A stretch of DNA of 63,290 bases, counting the filler, from Basidiobolus ranarum (taxonomy: Eukaryota): NCBI GenBank assembly GCA_040143965.1. It is 2 parts of 2 records of this genome, joined end to end, with 100 filler letters (N's around TTAATTAATTAA, not from the genome) between each part and the next. Parts side by side here need not be neighbours in the genome. Positions count along the whole stretch, not along the records: positions 1 to 31,734 come from JASJQH010000088.1; 1 more part is not named here. The stretch is one strand, 5' to 3'. The notes below the pieces were generated by a model. The model was not told the origin of the DNA. It did not search any database and worked only from the letters and a program-made list of their open reading frames with translations. The translations under genes were made by a program, and so were the position numbers. Below, piece by piece: positions 1 through 13,200 of this stretch. The first letter of the stretch is position 1. Each line of letters starts with the position of its first letter.

Positions 1-136
1 ACTCCTGAAACTGAAAAAATTGAATAAAATCAAATCTAACTTGACAATTTTATGATGGTTAGTAAATGGTCAATCCCAAATGGATTAAAATTGTGATGGT
101 TTTCCTACAATAACAATCCTCAAATTTCTGTTAGGG
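1..136. repeat. Diverged direct repeat, copy 1 (truncated by window start); copy 2 at 855-990
   Basis: Both copies share blocks such as aaaatcaaatctaacttga and aaatggattaaaattgtgatggttttcctac...acaatcctcaaatt.ctgttaggg. Confidence 0.85.
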
Positions 137-854
137 TTGGCAGGACATTTGTGGACTGCAAGTTGGGGATGTATTACCTGAATTCTTTATTGAAATTTTC
201 CAAAATCCAAGATCTTGTTCTCATTGTGAATGGTAACAAGAGTCAGCAATTTGCCAAGTGTCAGTGCTATTCAAAATTTCTGATGTTAAGCAATTTTTCC
301 ACCATTAGTTTGCTGGTAAAGCATATTGATGTTGTTGAGTTTTGTCTGATCAGTCAAGTATATACATATGTAGAGACTAAACACAACAAGATTCTTGTAT
401 TTTTTGATTCTCCTTATGGCTGGAATACAAAGCAAAAAATATCTAAATAAAGGCATGCATATTAATTCAAATTTGTGCAGCAGTAAACCCAGTAATTTGC
501 CATTCAAAAATTAGATTTTTGCAAAAATTGTTGGAAATTAAATAATGCATGCCAAATATAAGAATCAATATTTTAACATATATGAATACTGTCATGATAC
601 CATCAAGAAGCCACCATCACACCATCAAAATCCCTGGCAGAATGCAAGCCACCAATGTTGTGATGGTTCTCTGATGGTTTTGCAATTCAGAAGAGTGGAA
701 TCAATCCAGATTCAATCAATTTTATTTTTGTTAGGGAGTGTTCAAGTGGTAAATGTGTAAAATTTGAGTTATGTTTTTTGCACATGTGTTAATCCATAGT
801 TCTCTGAGATTGTAGCCAATCATATGCAACTATTTTGCAAGATCTGGAAATTTC

Positions 855-990
855 ACTTCTGAAACTGAACAAAATGATCAAAATCAAATCTAACTTGATG
901 AATTTATGACAGTAAATTATCAGGCAATCTGAAATGGATTAAAATTGTGATGGTTTTCCTACTATTACAATCCTCAAATTCCTGTTAGGG
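855..990. repeat. Diverged direct repeat, copy 2; abuts the break in the copia integrase fragment
   Basis: Aligns by eye to 1-136. The integrase-like translation of ORF 939-1220 (-) loses similarity at ~990. Confidence 0.85.
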
Positions 991-2586
991 ACAATAGAGA
1001 GAGCTTCTTCTTTTATTTCCATAAAGTAGACCCAAGGGTATCTTGTATAAACAGCAATAAAAGTGATTAAATATCTTTTTCCATATAAAGATACACTTTG
1101 CATAGAGCTGCACATATCTGAATGAATTAGAGTTAATTTTTTAAAAGATTTTATTAGACTAGAGCTCTTGTATGGTTGCCTGGCTTGTTTGCTATATATA
1201 CAACCCCCACAGATTTCCATTTTGGTTGGGGGGCTAATTGGAATTCCAGAAATTAGTCAATTTTTGCTCATTTTGCTTAAAGAATCAAGTCCAATATGGC
1301 CAAATCACTTATGCCTTAAGTGAATAGTTTCTTGATTAGAATAACTGATATATACACATAAACCTCTTGGATTATATGTGAGTGTGTATAAGTTCTGGTC
1401 CTTTTCTCCCAAAGCTAAATAATTCCCATTTTGATCAGTGATGGTGCATCCTGACTTATCTAAATTGATTCTTAGTCCTTCTGAAGTGGCCTTGCATAGA
1501 GATATTAGGTTCTTGGCAATCTATGGAACATGCAGTACATCCTTAAAGTTATACACTTTCTCTTCAGAAGCTCCAGTTAAACTGACTTAAATTGTTCCCA
1601 TTCCAACAGCATCCAATGTGTGGTCATCTCCCATGAAAACTGTCCTAATTGGGATTTCTTCAAAGTTTACAAACTAATGTTTTTCATTTATGAAATGTTG
1701 GGAGGATCCCAAATCAGTATACTATGTCTGAGAATCCTTGTTGGTAGTCATAGATAGAGCAGATATGAACAAGTGATCTTCTGTTGTAGCCACATTTCCA
1801 GATTCAGTACATCTTTCTTTTTTGCAATTCTTTCAAAACAATCTTTGCTTAAATGGTCAGTTTTTTTGCAGTAATCACAGAATGTTACTTTTCTTCTTAA
1901 AGTGCTCTTGGTCTTCATAGGAAGGCTTCTCATAGCCTATTAAGCATTTTCTTCATTCTTTTGGTTGGATCCCAATTTGCATATATCTTCATCCAGAAGT
2001 CTGCTAAATATATAATTTAAGGTCTGATTTTTAGTTATTGATTCTGGAGCCATTACTAGGCTCTAAACTCATGTGACAGGCTATTCAGGACTGTAACAAT
2101 AAATATCTTGATCAGTGGTAGGTACTCCAATGCATTCCATTTCAACTACTATCATAGTAGCTCTACTAATTTGTGATTTATTATCATTTCCTGGCTTCAT
2201 CTTTAAGTTAAAGAGTTGTGCTGTTAGAGCCATGTTGTTGGTAGCAGAACATATTTGGTAGGTGTCTTCCAAGACTCTCCATTCTTTCTTGACAGTTTTA
2301 GCTCTTGAACATTGAATTAGCAATTTGTCTTTAACATTGAGACAAATTATGTCAAAGAGACTTTGTTCTATTTTAACCTGGAGTAAAACTTTGGTTGCTG
2401 AGAGTTTTGCATTGTTTTCTTCTCCTATAACAGTATCCCAAAGTCCTTTTTCTAGCAGCAGCATGTTCATTCTAATTTTCCAAACTTGACCATTAGTTCC
2501 ATTCAATTTTTCCAAGGAGGGAGAGTTCCACAAATTTGAGAAGTAAACATTACCAAGAGTGCAAGCTTGGGGCTCATAATTTGTTA
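991..2586 (-). mobile_element. Degenerate Ty1/copia LTR retrotransposon (gag, zinc knuckle, protease, pre-integrase, integrase start), with stops and frameshifts
   Basis: ORF 2081-2602 EKLNGTNGQVWKIRMNMLLLEKGLWD is copia gag-like. ORF 1748-1933 carries a CCHC knuckle, CDYCKKTDHLSKDC. ORF 939-1220 ICGGCIYSKQ...LIHSDMC...YLITFI is integrase-like. A PBS-like attatgagccc follows ...taaca on the - strand at ~2570-2586. Confidence 0.9.
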
Positions 2587-2601
2587 AAGCATTAGGGATC
2601 A

Positions 2602-2929
2602 TGTTGGGAGTGGTTTGGAGAATTAGAGAAATTGGTGGTTTTCACTTGTGGATTTATTGTGTAAAAAGTTGACATTAATTGTTTTAGCAATATGTAAGTA
2701 AAGTAACTTCTAAAATGCACTAAGAAATGTCTCAGGAATATGTGTGCAAAGTTTGGGGCTTCTAGCACATGTTTGAAAAATCTATATATTTGAGAACTTC
2801 TAAGTTAGTTAGTATATTCCAAGTAAATTCCAATTGAGAAAAATGAACAATATCTTAGTGAATTATAAGCTATCAAAGTACTAAGCTATATATAACTGTA
2901 TTGGTGTTTAAGCAATACTAATTCCAACA
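2602..2929. mobile_element. LTR-like element, copy A (TGTTG...CAACA)
   Basis: Canonical inverted LTR termini tgttg (2602) and caaca (2929); homologous to 2977-3303 and 46961-47257. Confidence 0.8.
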
Positions 2930-2976
2930 AAATCTAGCCCTCAGTCAGCACATTAATGATATGGTCTTTGAAATCC

Positions 2977-3303
2977 TGTTGGAAGTGGAATACAAAATTA
3001 GAGAAATTGGTGGTTTTCACTCATTGATATTTGAGTAAAAAGTTGACATGTAAAGTTTTGTCATGATATAGACAAACCAACATATAGAATGTGTTAAGGA
3101 AGGTCCCTGGAAAATGTGTGCAAATATTGCAGCATCTAGCACAAGTTTAAAAAATCTATAGATCTGAGAACTTCCAGGTTGGTAAAAATATTTGCTGTAA
3201 ATTCCAATTATGAATAATGGGTAATATCTTAATGAATTGTATCATAATTGTGTACCAAGCTGTATATGACTATATAGGTGTTTAGACAATGCTGATTTAA
3301 ACA
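2977..3303. mobile_element. LTR-like element, copy B (TGTTG...AAACA)
   Basis: Colinear with copy A; shares aattagagaaattggtggttttcact, aaaaagttgacat and aaaaatctata.a..tgagaacttc. Confidence 0.8.
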
Positions 3304-3519
3304 ATATTGACTTGTGTATTGGCAGATGACTCAGAGGCTAATACTGATTGGATGAATATTATGTGATAGGTCATATAATTGGACAGAAGGCTTAAGTGAA
3401 TAAATGGTTATTGATGTGGGAGGTTACATGGTGAGCCTCTGGATAAGGTCAGGTGACTAGTTAGCAATTTTGATAAACTAAACAGAAAGACAGGTGGATC
3501 CTTCTATAGTTATTCCATT

Positions 3520-4700
3520 TAAGAGACTATTCAATGATGGCTTAAGAGAGTTGGCCATATTGGATTTGGTTAATTACACAAAATGATCAAAAACTGCATA
3601 ATTTCTGGAATTCAAATTTACTCCCCAGCCAAAATGGAAATTTGTGAGGGTTATGTATATGGAAAACAGGTCAGGAAAGCAATCAAGAGCTCTGGTTTAA
3701 TAAAATCTGTCAAAGATAATGATTTAATTCAATCAGAACTTGTGGACCTGTGCTAAATATATTTTTAGGTGGAAAATGATAGTTGATCCCACTTTTTGCT
3801 TATTATACAAGATACACCATGATTTAACTGATGAAAAGAAAAGAAGAAGGTCTCCCTGATTTTAGAGATTTCAAAACTCTTGTGAAGACTGAGACTGGAA
3901 CTAAAGTTAAGAAAATACATATACATATTAGGGCAGAATATACTCCAACAGTATTTAATCATTTTTGCAAAATTCAAGGCATTAACTAGGAAGCTATTGC
4001 CTCATACTCACCTCAATAAAATGGAGTTGATGAAAGAGCTAACAGGACTACAATTAAAATGGCAAGATTCATAATAAATGCAATAAGCTATATATCTGCT
4101 TTGGGCCAGATAAGACAAGCCCTGCATTATTAGTCTTATATGTAGAGGACATTATTGTAGCAACCAATGACATAGAGACTTTGGAGAAATCCATATCCAG
4201 CTTATCTACCAGATTCCAAAGGACTGATCTTGGTGAGCTCATGTACTATCTTGGAATCACAATTAAGATAGATAGAACTAGCAAAATAATAACTTCAAGC
4301 CAGTCCATGTATATCCTAGATTTATTCAAGAAGTTTATAATGGAAGAATGCAATCCAGTAACTACCCCAATGCAGACAAATCTGACCTGGACTACAACTA
4401 GCTCTAATCAGACATTCTGGGTCTAAATGAAATGAATATCTTTGTTGAAACATTGCCTGATATTTTAAACTGGGGAAGAGATATTGTAGCCAGGAGAGCG
4501 ACAAGATGATACATGTTTATTTACCCTAATGGAGCTATTTCTTGAAACTCAAGGAAACAACCTGCTGCAGCACTTTTAACAATAGAAGTGCTGTACAAGG
4601 CTGCTTGTGAAGGAGCAAGAGAAGTGACATGATCAAGAAATTCTTAAAAGATTTGGGCTATTCTCAAAAATCACCAAATACAATATTTACTGATAATCAA
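3520..4700 (+). mobile_element. Second degenerate copia copy (pre-integrase, integrase, RT, RNase H fragments), opposite orientation
   Basis: 3634-3750 matches the reverse complement of ~1100-1220. RT motif L.LYVEDIIVA (degenerate YVDD) at ~4130 and DLGELMYYLGI in ORF 4181-4426. RNase H-like NSRKQPAAALLTIE at ~4545. Confidence 0.85.
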
Positions 4701-6123
4701 CTCAGTAAACCAATAAGTGAAACCACCAATTTCTCAAAACCTGCAAACTACTTCCAAAAGGCTCCCAAATACTTTAACATATATCTATATAACTAGTATG
4801 TCTTATTGCTCCCACTTATCTACTATATCTTGCTAACCAAACTCCTGAATATCTCAAACAATTGACTTACTTCCTTACTGTACAAGTCACCATATTCTCT
4901 TAGTAAACAAGTAACTAGGACACTATGATAAGTTGCCTCTAATATACAAAGTCTACCCCCATTATGTCAAGGTCCACTAACCACTTGCTTGAATCTTACT
5001 GCTACAGATGCTTTAGGCACATCTCCATTGTGTGTTTCTTATTTTTCATCTTATGCTATTAATGGGTAATATTAAGCCAATATATAAATATATCTCATGT
5101 GAATCAAAACATCTTTTTCTAATACATACTCTACAAGTCCCATACTTTCCTGAAACGTTTTCATTTCCTGGTTAATAATCACCTAACTCATTAGCAGAAT
5201 ATACTTTCAGGAATTATGTTGCATATACTAAGGATTTCCAATATAGAATTTGATAATTGAGCATCATCCAGATTGTTTTCACTCATCAATGTCTATGATA
5301 CAGTCCCTTCCTATATGATCAGTTTTTAATCAGAGGTGTTAGTGTATTTCTTTTATTATTGAAATAAAAATCACTCAAACTTACAATAACACCATTTTGC
5401 AAAACTTCTTGCAAATATCCCAAATTCCCCAAACAATAAGATAGATTCAGGGCAAATAGTTAGCAGTGAATTAACTTTTTGTATATATCCTGAAGTTACA
5501 CTTAAATACTATTTTGATGATCTACAAATACTATCCTGTAAGCATCATTATTGCTCCATGTACTGGCATAATATCCTTGCATCCAAGATAATGGAGAAAG
5601 ATACTGGACTTCCAATGATACACTAACTTAAATATCAAAACTTAGATCTATGGTGGAAACAAAGTATGTTATCAACGGTTGTGCGTCGGAGGTTTTTGGA
5701 ATACTGGTTTGGTTAGACATGACTGAATGATGTATCTTACTTCTGCATTCCTTTCAAATAGATGTTACAATTTTGACTTCTAGAAGGATTCTTTGTAGCA
5801 GATAGACTTATATGCCTATTGCTAATCGCTCAAGGGTCAGCTAAGCACAGTTGCAAAGAAAGTGAAGTAGATGTTGTGTTGCCCTCAAATAGTATGAAGT
5901 GAATAGCAGAAACAGTGGAATAATATGGCTAACTTTAAGCACAACGAGAATTTCAATTGAAATGGGAATGTTTATAATATATGGGATTCAAAAAAAGAAC
6001 TATACTGAAATTTACATGTTGGTTTTTTGGTTTAGGTGAAAGAAAATTGGATTAAGAGAAAATGGAGAGTTGTCAATACTATTTGTGTATCATCTATTAC
6101 AGCTACCTAACCTAAATTGGCAC

Positions 6124-8156
6124 CTAAATCTGCATGGGATTCTTCATTCTTCCTCCTTCATCGCTACCAAGTGGGGGCCAGCTCATGTTGTGGTAATGGG
6201 ATGGACTAGGTTGTGAGACAGGGAAGCTCTCCTCCATTCCTTTAAATGGGCCAGAACTATGAAATATCTTGGGCCGATATGTTGGATCTTTCTCCATCAC
6301 GCTATTGGAGAAACTTTTTAGCATGTATATGGTTACGTTGGAGAGGTTAGTGTGTCCACTCACCTAGAGTTTCGGAACTTCTCCATTAACGCAGCTTTAC
6401 CTTGAATGTTGGCGTAGGATATGTGACAAACCTTGTCGGAATTAAAACGACCCCTAAATTGAAATAGAGTTTAGTCAGGAAGAGCATTAGATACATGCGA
6501 TGTCCACTTTTCCTACCATTTACGACCGACTCGTTGTTCTATGAAGCTGACCACCGCGCTACGAAACAAGCATGAATGGAATTGAGCAAATGGAATGGAC
6601 TCTTAACGAAACTTACTTGACATCAATGAAATTAATGAACGCATATCCAACATTGCAGTGGTTTTTGAAATCTATGCGTAGATATACAAAATCATATTCT
6701 CCCTCGTGTGTTTCATCAATGCATTCCAGTAGCATTTTCTAAACAAATTGGGTTATTTTTGGCCTCACATGTACCGATATCAATCATATATGTACCTGAG
6801 TGTACTTGTTAGGAATATTGCGAATCATAAAGGTTGTTCGAGTATCAATGCCTAGCAAGGTAAAGTATTTTTAGAATTTACTAGTGGAAATCTACTGGTG
6901 GAAAGAGATGGTACCTTGTGCAACTTTCCAAACATCGACTTGGTTACGACCAGGGACGATATTCTCGCAAGGGTTCGAGTTGGAGGAAAATCTAGGCATA
7001 TTGGATGGTGAATATGACCTTGAAACACCACTGACATTGGGTTTGTACTGCCAGGGAGTAGACCAGATATCTGACCTGAGATCGAAATTGTGGAACTGAT
7101 TTGGGCTGGTGAATCGAGTTGGAAGTTGCTGACTTTCAAATTTCGTGGGATAAAAGCGATTGGAATGGGATAGCATGCTCTGGAAAGAATCTTTCGCATT
7201 AGTGCTAGGAAACCTAGTGGTCGCCATTGCATCATTCCATATACTAGTATTAAGCTCATCAGTGAAATGGCTTAAAGACCCTGAATCATGGCAATCGCGG
7301 AAAATGATGATTCTATCAGCAAAGTCTTCGTCTGGACAGAAGTTCACTTGATATTGAGTGTTCTGAGGATCAATTCTATGCAGTTTTTCTTCAGCTGCAA
7401 CCGCACTTCTTATATCGTAATACTCGACAACTACACTGGATTTGTAAGGAAGTTGGCTTATCTCACGAATATCCCCGCACGACTCCAGAATTAGCTGCAT
7501 GTTTGAAGTAAACGCATTAGGAGGACAATATGAGAGCAACAATCTTCCATCAAAATCGTTGATATCTTTAAAGGAGTTAAAGAGTGTCGTGCATTTGGCG
7601 AGCTGTGAGATTTTAACGAAATTTACTGAGGTTCGTTCTGCTTGGATCTTACTGGCTCTTAACTGTTGGACTGCTGCAATGGCATCACGCAGATCATAAT
7701 ATGCTATGATGATCATATCGAGATCGTGAACCCGGTCTGTGAGTACTTGCCATACTTTTCCGGTGTTCTGTCATGGATAATACATTTTAGTGATGCAGCT
7801 CACAAGCAGTCCACTCTTCTCTATTACTTTACCTTCAAAAGTTTTAATTCTTCGGTGTCGATATTGTGTGGTAGAAGGTCCACAGAAACAAAGTGAGTAG
7901 GTACCGTACTGTTGCAGGAAGATAGTTCGTGTGCATCGGTTGAAGTAGAAAAACTATAGCCTTTTCCACCTTCAAACATAGATCTGCTATTATCCATGTA
8001 ATCTTTCTTGACCTCGTAGGGATATTCTATATTTCTGTCATGCAGTACATTAGATTGCTCAAAGCTAAGCTTGCTCATCTGGTTTTCTAAAACAAAAGAG
8101 AAATCAGATGGAGTTTTAGATTGTGAGCAGGAAAATTGAACTAACCGAGGCCCCAT
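6124..8156 (-). CDS. mei2: Mei2-like RNA-binding protein (N-terminal RRMs plus C-terminal RRM_2), multi-exon
   Basis: Spliced translation gives DTRTTFMIRNIPNKYTQ/KMLLECIDETHEGEYDFVYLRIDFKNHCNVGYAFINF...FNSDKVCHISYANIQGKAALMEKFRNS, the Mei2 C-terminal RRM signature. Upstream RRMs contain AYYDLRDA and EYYDIRSA. Introns are GT-AG. Confidence 0.9.
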
Positions 8157-9143
8157 TCGAATGGGCTGTTTTCATAATGCTGGTAGTTTTTTGATTTTGA
8201 AAATATAGACGCTGAAACGCCCGAGATGTTTGCTCTAGGAATGGAGCCAAAAGAGGAGTCTGATAAGAATGCTTGACCAGGTTTAGGTTGTTGGCGGGGA
8301 GTCAGAGGAGAATTCTGTTATCCTAAGAGTTAGTAGTGGTCAAAGTGGGAAGATACGCTGATTAGACTCACCTGAAAGACCTCTATCGGTTGAACCTTGA
8401 AGTCTATGCTGGCTGGTAGTGTATGCTCGGAATCTTTCTGATCTTCAACATCGTTTTCTAAAAGTAAGTCTATGGGGGTTTTATCTATGGCAGTTGCAAG
8501 CATTTTAGAGTGGTTGGGAATCCAAGTGAATGAGCCTTGAATGCTAATGTTCTACGCCAAAGCGATGAATCTAGTGTTGGAAAGAATCAATGGTTGAAAG
8601 TCCTGACGTCGACACAGAAATGTATTCAAGTCTAGTATGAAGCGAATGAATCAAGACAAGAAGCCAGGCGCACCTTTTATAACTGCATCCCTAGGAGGTA
8701 ATGTACAGTGTTGCAATTACTCCACTGCATGTTCCTAAGTTTGTGTCGATGTATGGTATGGAATCTGTATGATATGGAATCACATTGAATAGCTAATTCT
8801 ATTGAGTGATCGCATATCACTTCTACGTTGCAAACTAAAGTAAACCATTGGCCCCCTTGATAGTTTATGATCTATAACAGAGTTCACATTTGATCTTGGT
8901 GTATGGGGTTGAAAGCAATATCATTCCTCGAACAGATCACCATTGGACTCATAGTGAGGAATACGTAGGATAGGCTGGATAGGCTGGAAACTTTGGATAG
9001 GTATCAAACCAAATAACCATATTCGAGTTTCTCCTTTACCCCTTTATCTCAGCCCCTTTCTATCTTCAAACCGGCATTAAATACTGGGCAGACAGGAGTA
9101 CTGTATAAACTATAGTCGTACTATTAAGACGTTCAATGAGCTC

Positions 9144-9194
9144 TCTTGACCCGTAGGTTGATCTTGACCCGTAGGTTGATCTTGACCCGTAGGT
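9144..9194. repeat. 18-bp tandem repeat, 2.8 copies (tcttgacccgtaggttga)
   Basis: Seen directly in the divergent mei2/BCK1 intergenic region. Confidence 0.95.
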
Positions 9195-10275
9195 GGAAAA
9201 AGAGAGGGTTGAGAAGTGGTTTGGCGATCACAATGATCTCCTTTCTTTTCCTATATTATGCTTATAACTGTGACTGTGACATTATTGTCAATTGCTCAAC
9301 TCCAATCTCTCCAACCCCACATACTCTGTGCCCCTTACTTCTAAATTAATTAGATAACCCTAACCCTTTACTCATGATATCTCAGACTACTGGTAAAGAT
9401 GAAACGACAGGATACTGCATAGTCAATATAGGATTAGGGTTAGCTCTACGGCTAATCAACGCATCAGTAAAGTTGATTAGAACTTTATCACCTATCACGT
9501 TAGTCAGGGCTAGGGTTGGGGTTATTCATTGAATTATTATTAGACCACATGGCAAATCTCTGACAACAATCTTATTTAACCAGTTTTCACCGTTGCATTG
9601 CCATCCATCATCATGTGGCTGATGCCATGCTTTAGGATTAGGGTTGGTTTGCTCATAATATATATCAGGGTGTTATTATATACACATATTAACGAAGAAG
9701 TGAATTGGCTAGTCGATCCAGGTTAGATGAAACAGTGCCATAGACTCATCAAACAACCAAAGTTAACGTTTGCGTGTACCTGTCTCTATATATCGATCGA
9801 ATGGATCATCGATGTCATGAGTCTGCAGCATAAGGATTGGATCCTCTGGTTTTCGTTCTGTTATTCACCTTTGTCTTTGTATGCTAATAATTTACACCCA
9901 AGGCTCCAATGCCTCTATTCTTACAATACCACAAGAAATCAGTTAATGCTATTAATATTGAGTCAAGTAATAGATTCATATGTTATTATTTACCATGTAG
10001 AAATTCCCTTGCGCAATCATACCATAAATCATGGATTTCCATCTCAATTCCTTTTTTATCATCTCGATATTAAAATACTAATTCATGGTCATTTTGCACA
10101 TCTTCTGTACTCTTCTTTATAACTTTGCCTTTTTTTCTCTGCTCTATTCCGCTATACCTAGTCATCTACCTTTTTCATAAAGCTCGGTTGACTTCTCATA
10201 TACATACCTAGTAGCCTTCAGATATATATATATCACTCTGATCTGTTACTAGCCCCTGTAGCTTGTACATTTCTG

Positions 10276-13200
10276 ATGTTAGGCAATGGAAAAAACACTA
10301 TAGATAGTAATACAATGCTAAATCAAAACACTCCCTCCATGCAACATAACTTTGATTCTACTCCTCGTGTCATGATCGAAGCACCCCAAGAAAATTGCAA
10401 CCCTGTAATTACTCTCCAATTAGATTCCGGCGTTGATATAACTAGACCTTTTGTAGCGAAACCGGAAGTTGAGAATAAGCAAGAATCTTTGGAAGAAGAA
10501 TACGAGAAATGGGATTTGAAAGCTGTACTTACTTGGCTGGAAGACAATGATTTCGGAGAGTATAAGCAAAACTTTGCCGGTAAATTTTTAAACTTCACTT
10601 GAATATTGGCTATATAGCTAATTAAGTATCATGTATATATTAACTTTGTTTCATCTCTCTTTTAGAAAACGATATTCATGGAAAAACTTTCTTCGAGTTG
10701 ACGCACAAAGCTCTGAAAAACCTAAACATCCCTACTATCACTGAAAGAGTTAGACTACTGAACGCTACAAAAAAAATTGGACTTCATCGAACGCGTAAGG
10801 ATCGTAGAGACTCTGTATGCCCACTCATTATTCTTGTACTTTGATTGGCATTTTCTGACTTTATTTTATATCATTATCTGTAGTTTCAAATTAATACCGA
10901 AACTCTAATTGAATCGGATCATGAACCTTCACTGCTATCGGATGTACCTTCAGATCTTGAGGACCAGCAGTCTGAAGAAATTTTGGTATCAACTACACTA
11001 CATCAGCATCCTCATCGTAATCCTCCTAGAGAGGGTTATCAAACTTATCGTGAAAGCCGTAACCCCAACCTGGACAGCAACCAATACCCCCCTCATCTCC
11101 CGCATGATAACCCAACGACTTCTAGAGAGCCTGCTCATGCGCATGGACATCGTGATATTTATGCCACATACCGCGATTATCAAAACATTAATCGCGATTC
11201 TTTCACTACTGAAGGGCATCCAGCACTCCAAGCTCCAGTCATTCGGCCTAGGGGTTCATCCAAAGATTACTTTCAAAATTCCACCTTAAACCTTACTGCA
11301 GTATCTCCAGTGTCAGCATTAACAGCTCAAAGCGGAGCAGCCACTATTGCAATTACCCCTCGAAGCTCTTCGAGAAATATACGGTTTTTCTCTTCATCGC
11401 CAGGTTCATCTTTTGACACTCATAATCAGTCACCAGTAAGTATAACCGATACAAATAGTACTGTAAGTGAGTACCCATCAATTCCTCCGAGAGGGGAGTC
11501 GTTAGGTCATTGGCGTAGTAAGAACTCTCCGGTCACGGCTACTTTTCCTTCGGTTCCTACCATGAGTCCATCAATCATCTCCTCTGCAACCATTACAACA
11601 TCCCCAGTTAGAGAAAACTCACCTAGTAGTACCTACTTCCTTGGTTGGACATCCAAGACTCACAAGAAGGCTAAAAGTTGTCCGGTATATATATATATAT
11701 ATATTATAATTACAATCTTCTCTCCTTTCTAACCGATCTTTATTCATCTCGAAACCAACCAATCAGGACGATCTCATACCCCCTCAGGTACACTCGGTTT
11801 CTTTTCTTGTTATATATATACATACGATTTAACTCATTCCACCCATTTTATACAGAAAATCCTACGTGTGAGACAAGAAAATAGTCCAGTAGTACAAACC
11901 ATGTGTGTATTAGAACTGGAAACTCCGCAGCTTCTTCATGAACGAATTTTCCAACGCCTCAATATCACCGAAAATTTGGAGGATTACTTGATTTATGCCT
12001 GTCGACAAGGAAGCTCTGGTATGTAAATCCTATAGTTTATCAGAAATATCGATGATTTCAGCTTCTAACTTCAATATCCATTAGTGGGAAAGCCCATTGA
12101 TGAGCAAGAATTGTTTGAATTATGCGAGGAAGCAGAGGCGGTAGATCCCATTGAATTGGTTGTGTGTCGTAGCAGTAATGAATCATATGAAGAAAATGAG
12201 CATGCAAACGACGTCAGATATTTATTCCAAGCACCTCAGCAAATAGCCCAAGAGGAATCGGTATATTTGGATGGTGCCATCTATGAAGATCCACAAGAAA
12301 TCCCTGATGAGGATTGCGTACCAACAACTTACCGTGAAAAATTCGAAAGCGATCCCAGCCGAAGTCAATCGATTACAAACATAGAGTGCAAGGAGGATAC
12401 ATATCCTTTGCCTGATGTCACACCGTCTCGTAAAAACTCCGCCAGACCTAAACTACGCCATAGAGCCACAAGTTTCGAAAGTATTAAACAAGCAGCCAAA
12501 TCCAAGGAAGCCACCCCTACACCTACACCTAATCTCACCCCCAACAATACCACCGATGCTGGACATTCTGATTTGTGGTCAAAGCCACCCTCCCCAGAAA
12601 GCGCTGCCTTACAAGACGATAGTGACGGTGATCTTTTGTTCCGAGTGGCGCCAACTCGTACAAATACCCAATCACCTCACAATGGAACAGTCTTTGGCGA
12701 ACGACCATCTGCCGATCATATTTCACGAAATCTCGATTTCTACTTCCCCAATCATGATTTGGATCAACCTATTATTGAAGCGGTGTCCGAAACTTCAGAT
12801 CAAGAAGCAGGAAAGAAAATTGGATTGGTACACAAGAAGACCATTCGTGGTATTGTACAAGAAGCTCGAAGAAACTCTGTATGTAATGGACTCCCTCTAC
12901 GTAGAAAGAGTACTAAACTATGGGACAGCAAAGTCTCCGAGGTACCCAGAACTCGTGGCGTTAAAAGAAGAAACGTACAAGTGGCTACAGATGAAAACAA
13001 TCAACCTATTCTCTTGGACAGAACCAATACACAGCCTTGGGTCACTGGTATGTAAACGTTATCACCTACTCACAGTGAACAAATTAGTGCTCTTATTTAA
13101 TTGAACGTTACTTGATAACAGCATCCAAAATACAATGGGTAAAAGGTTCTCTTATTGGAAAAGGATCCTTCGGTAAAGTTTATCACGCTTTGAATGCTGT

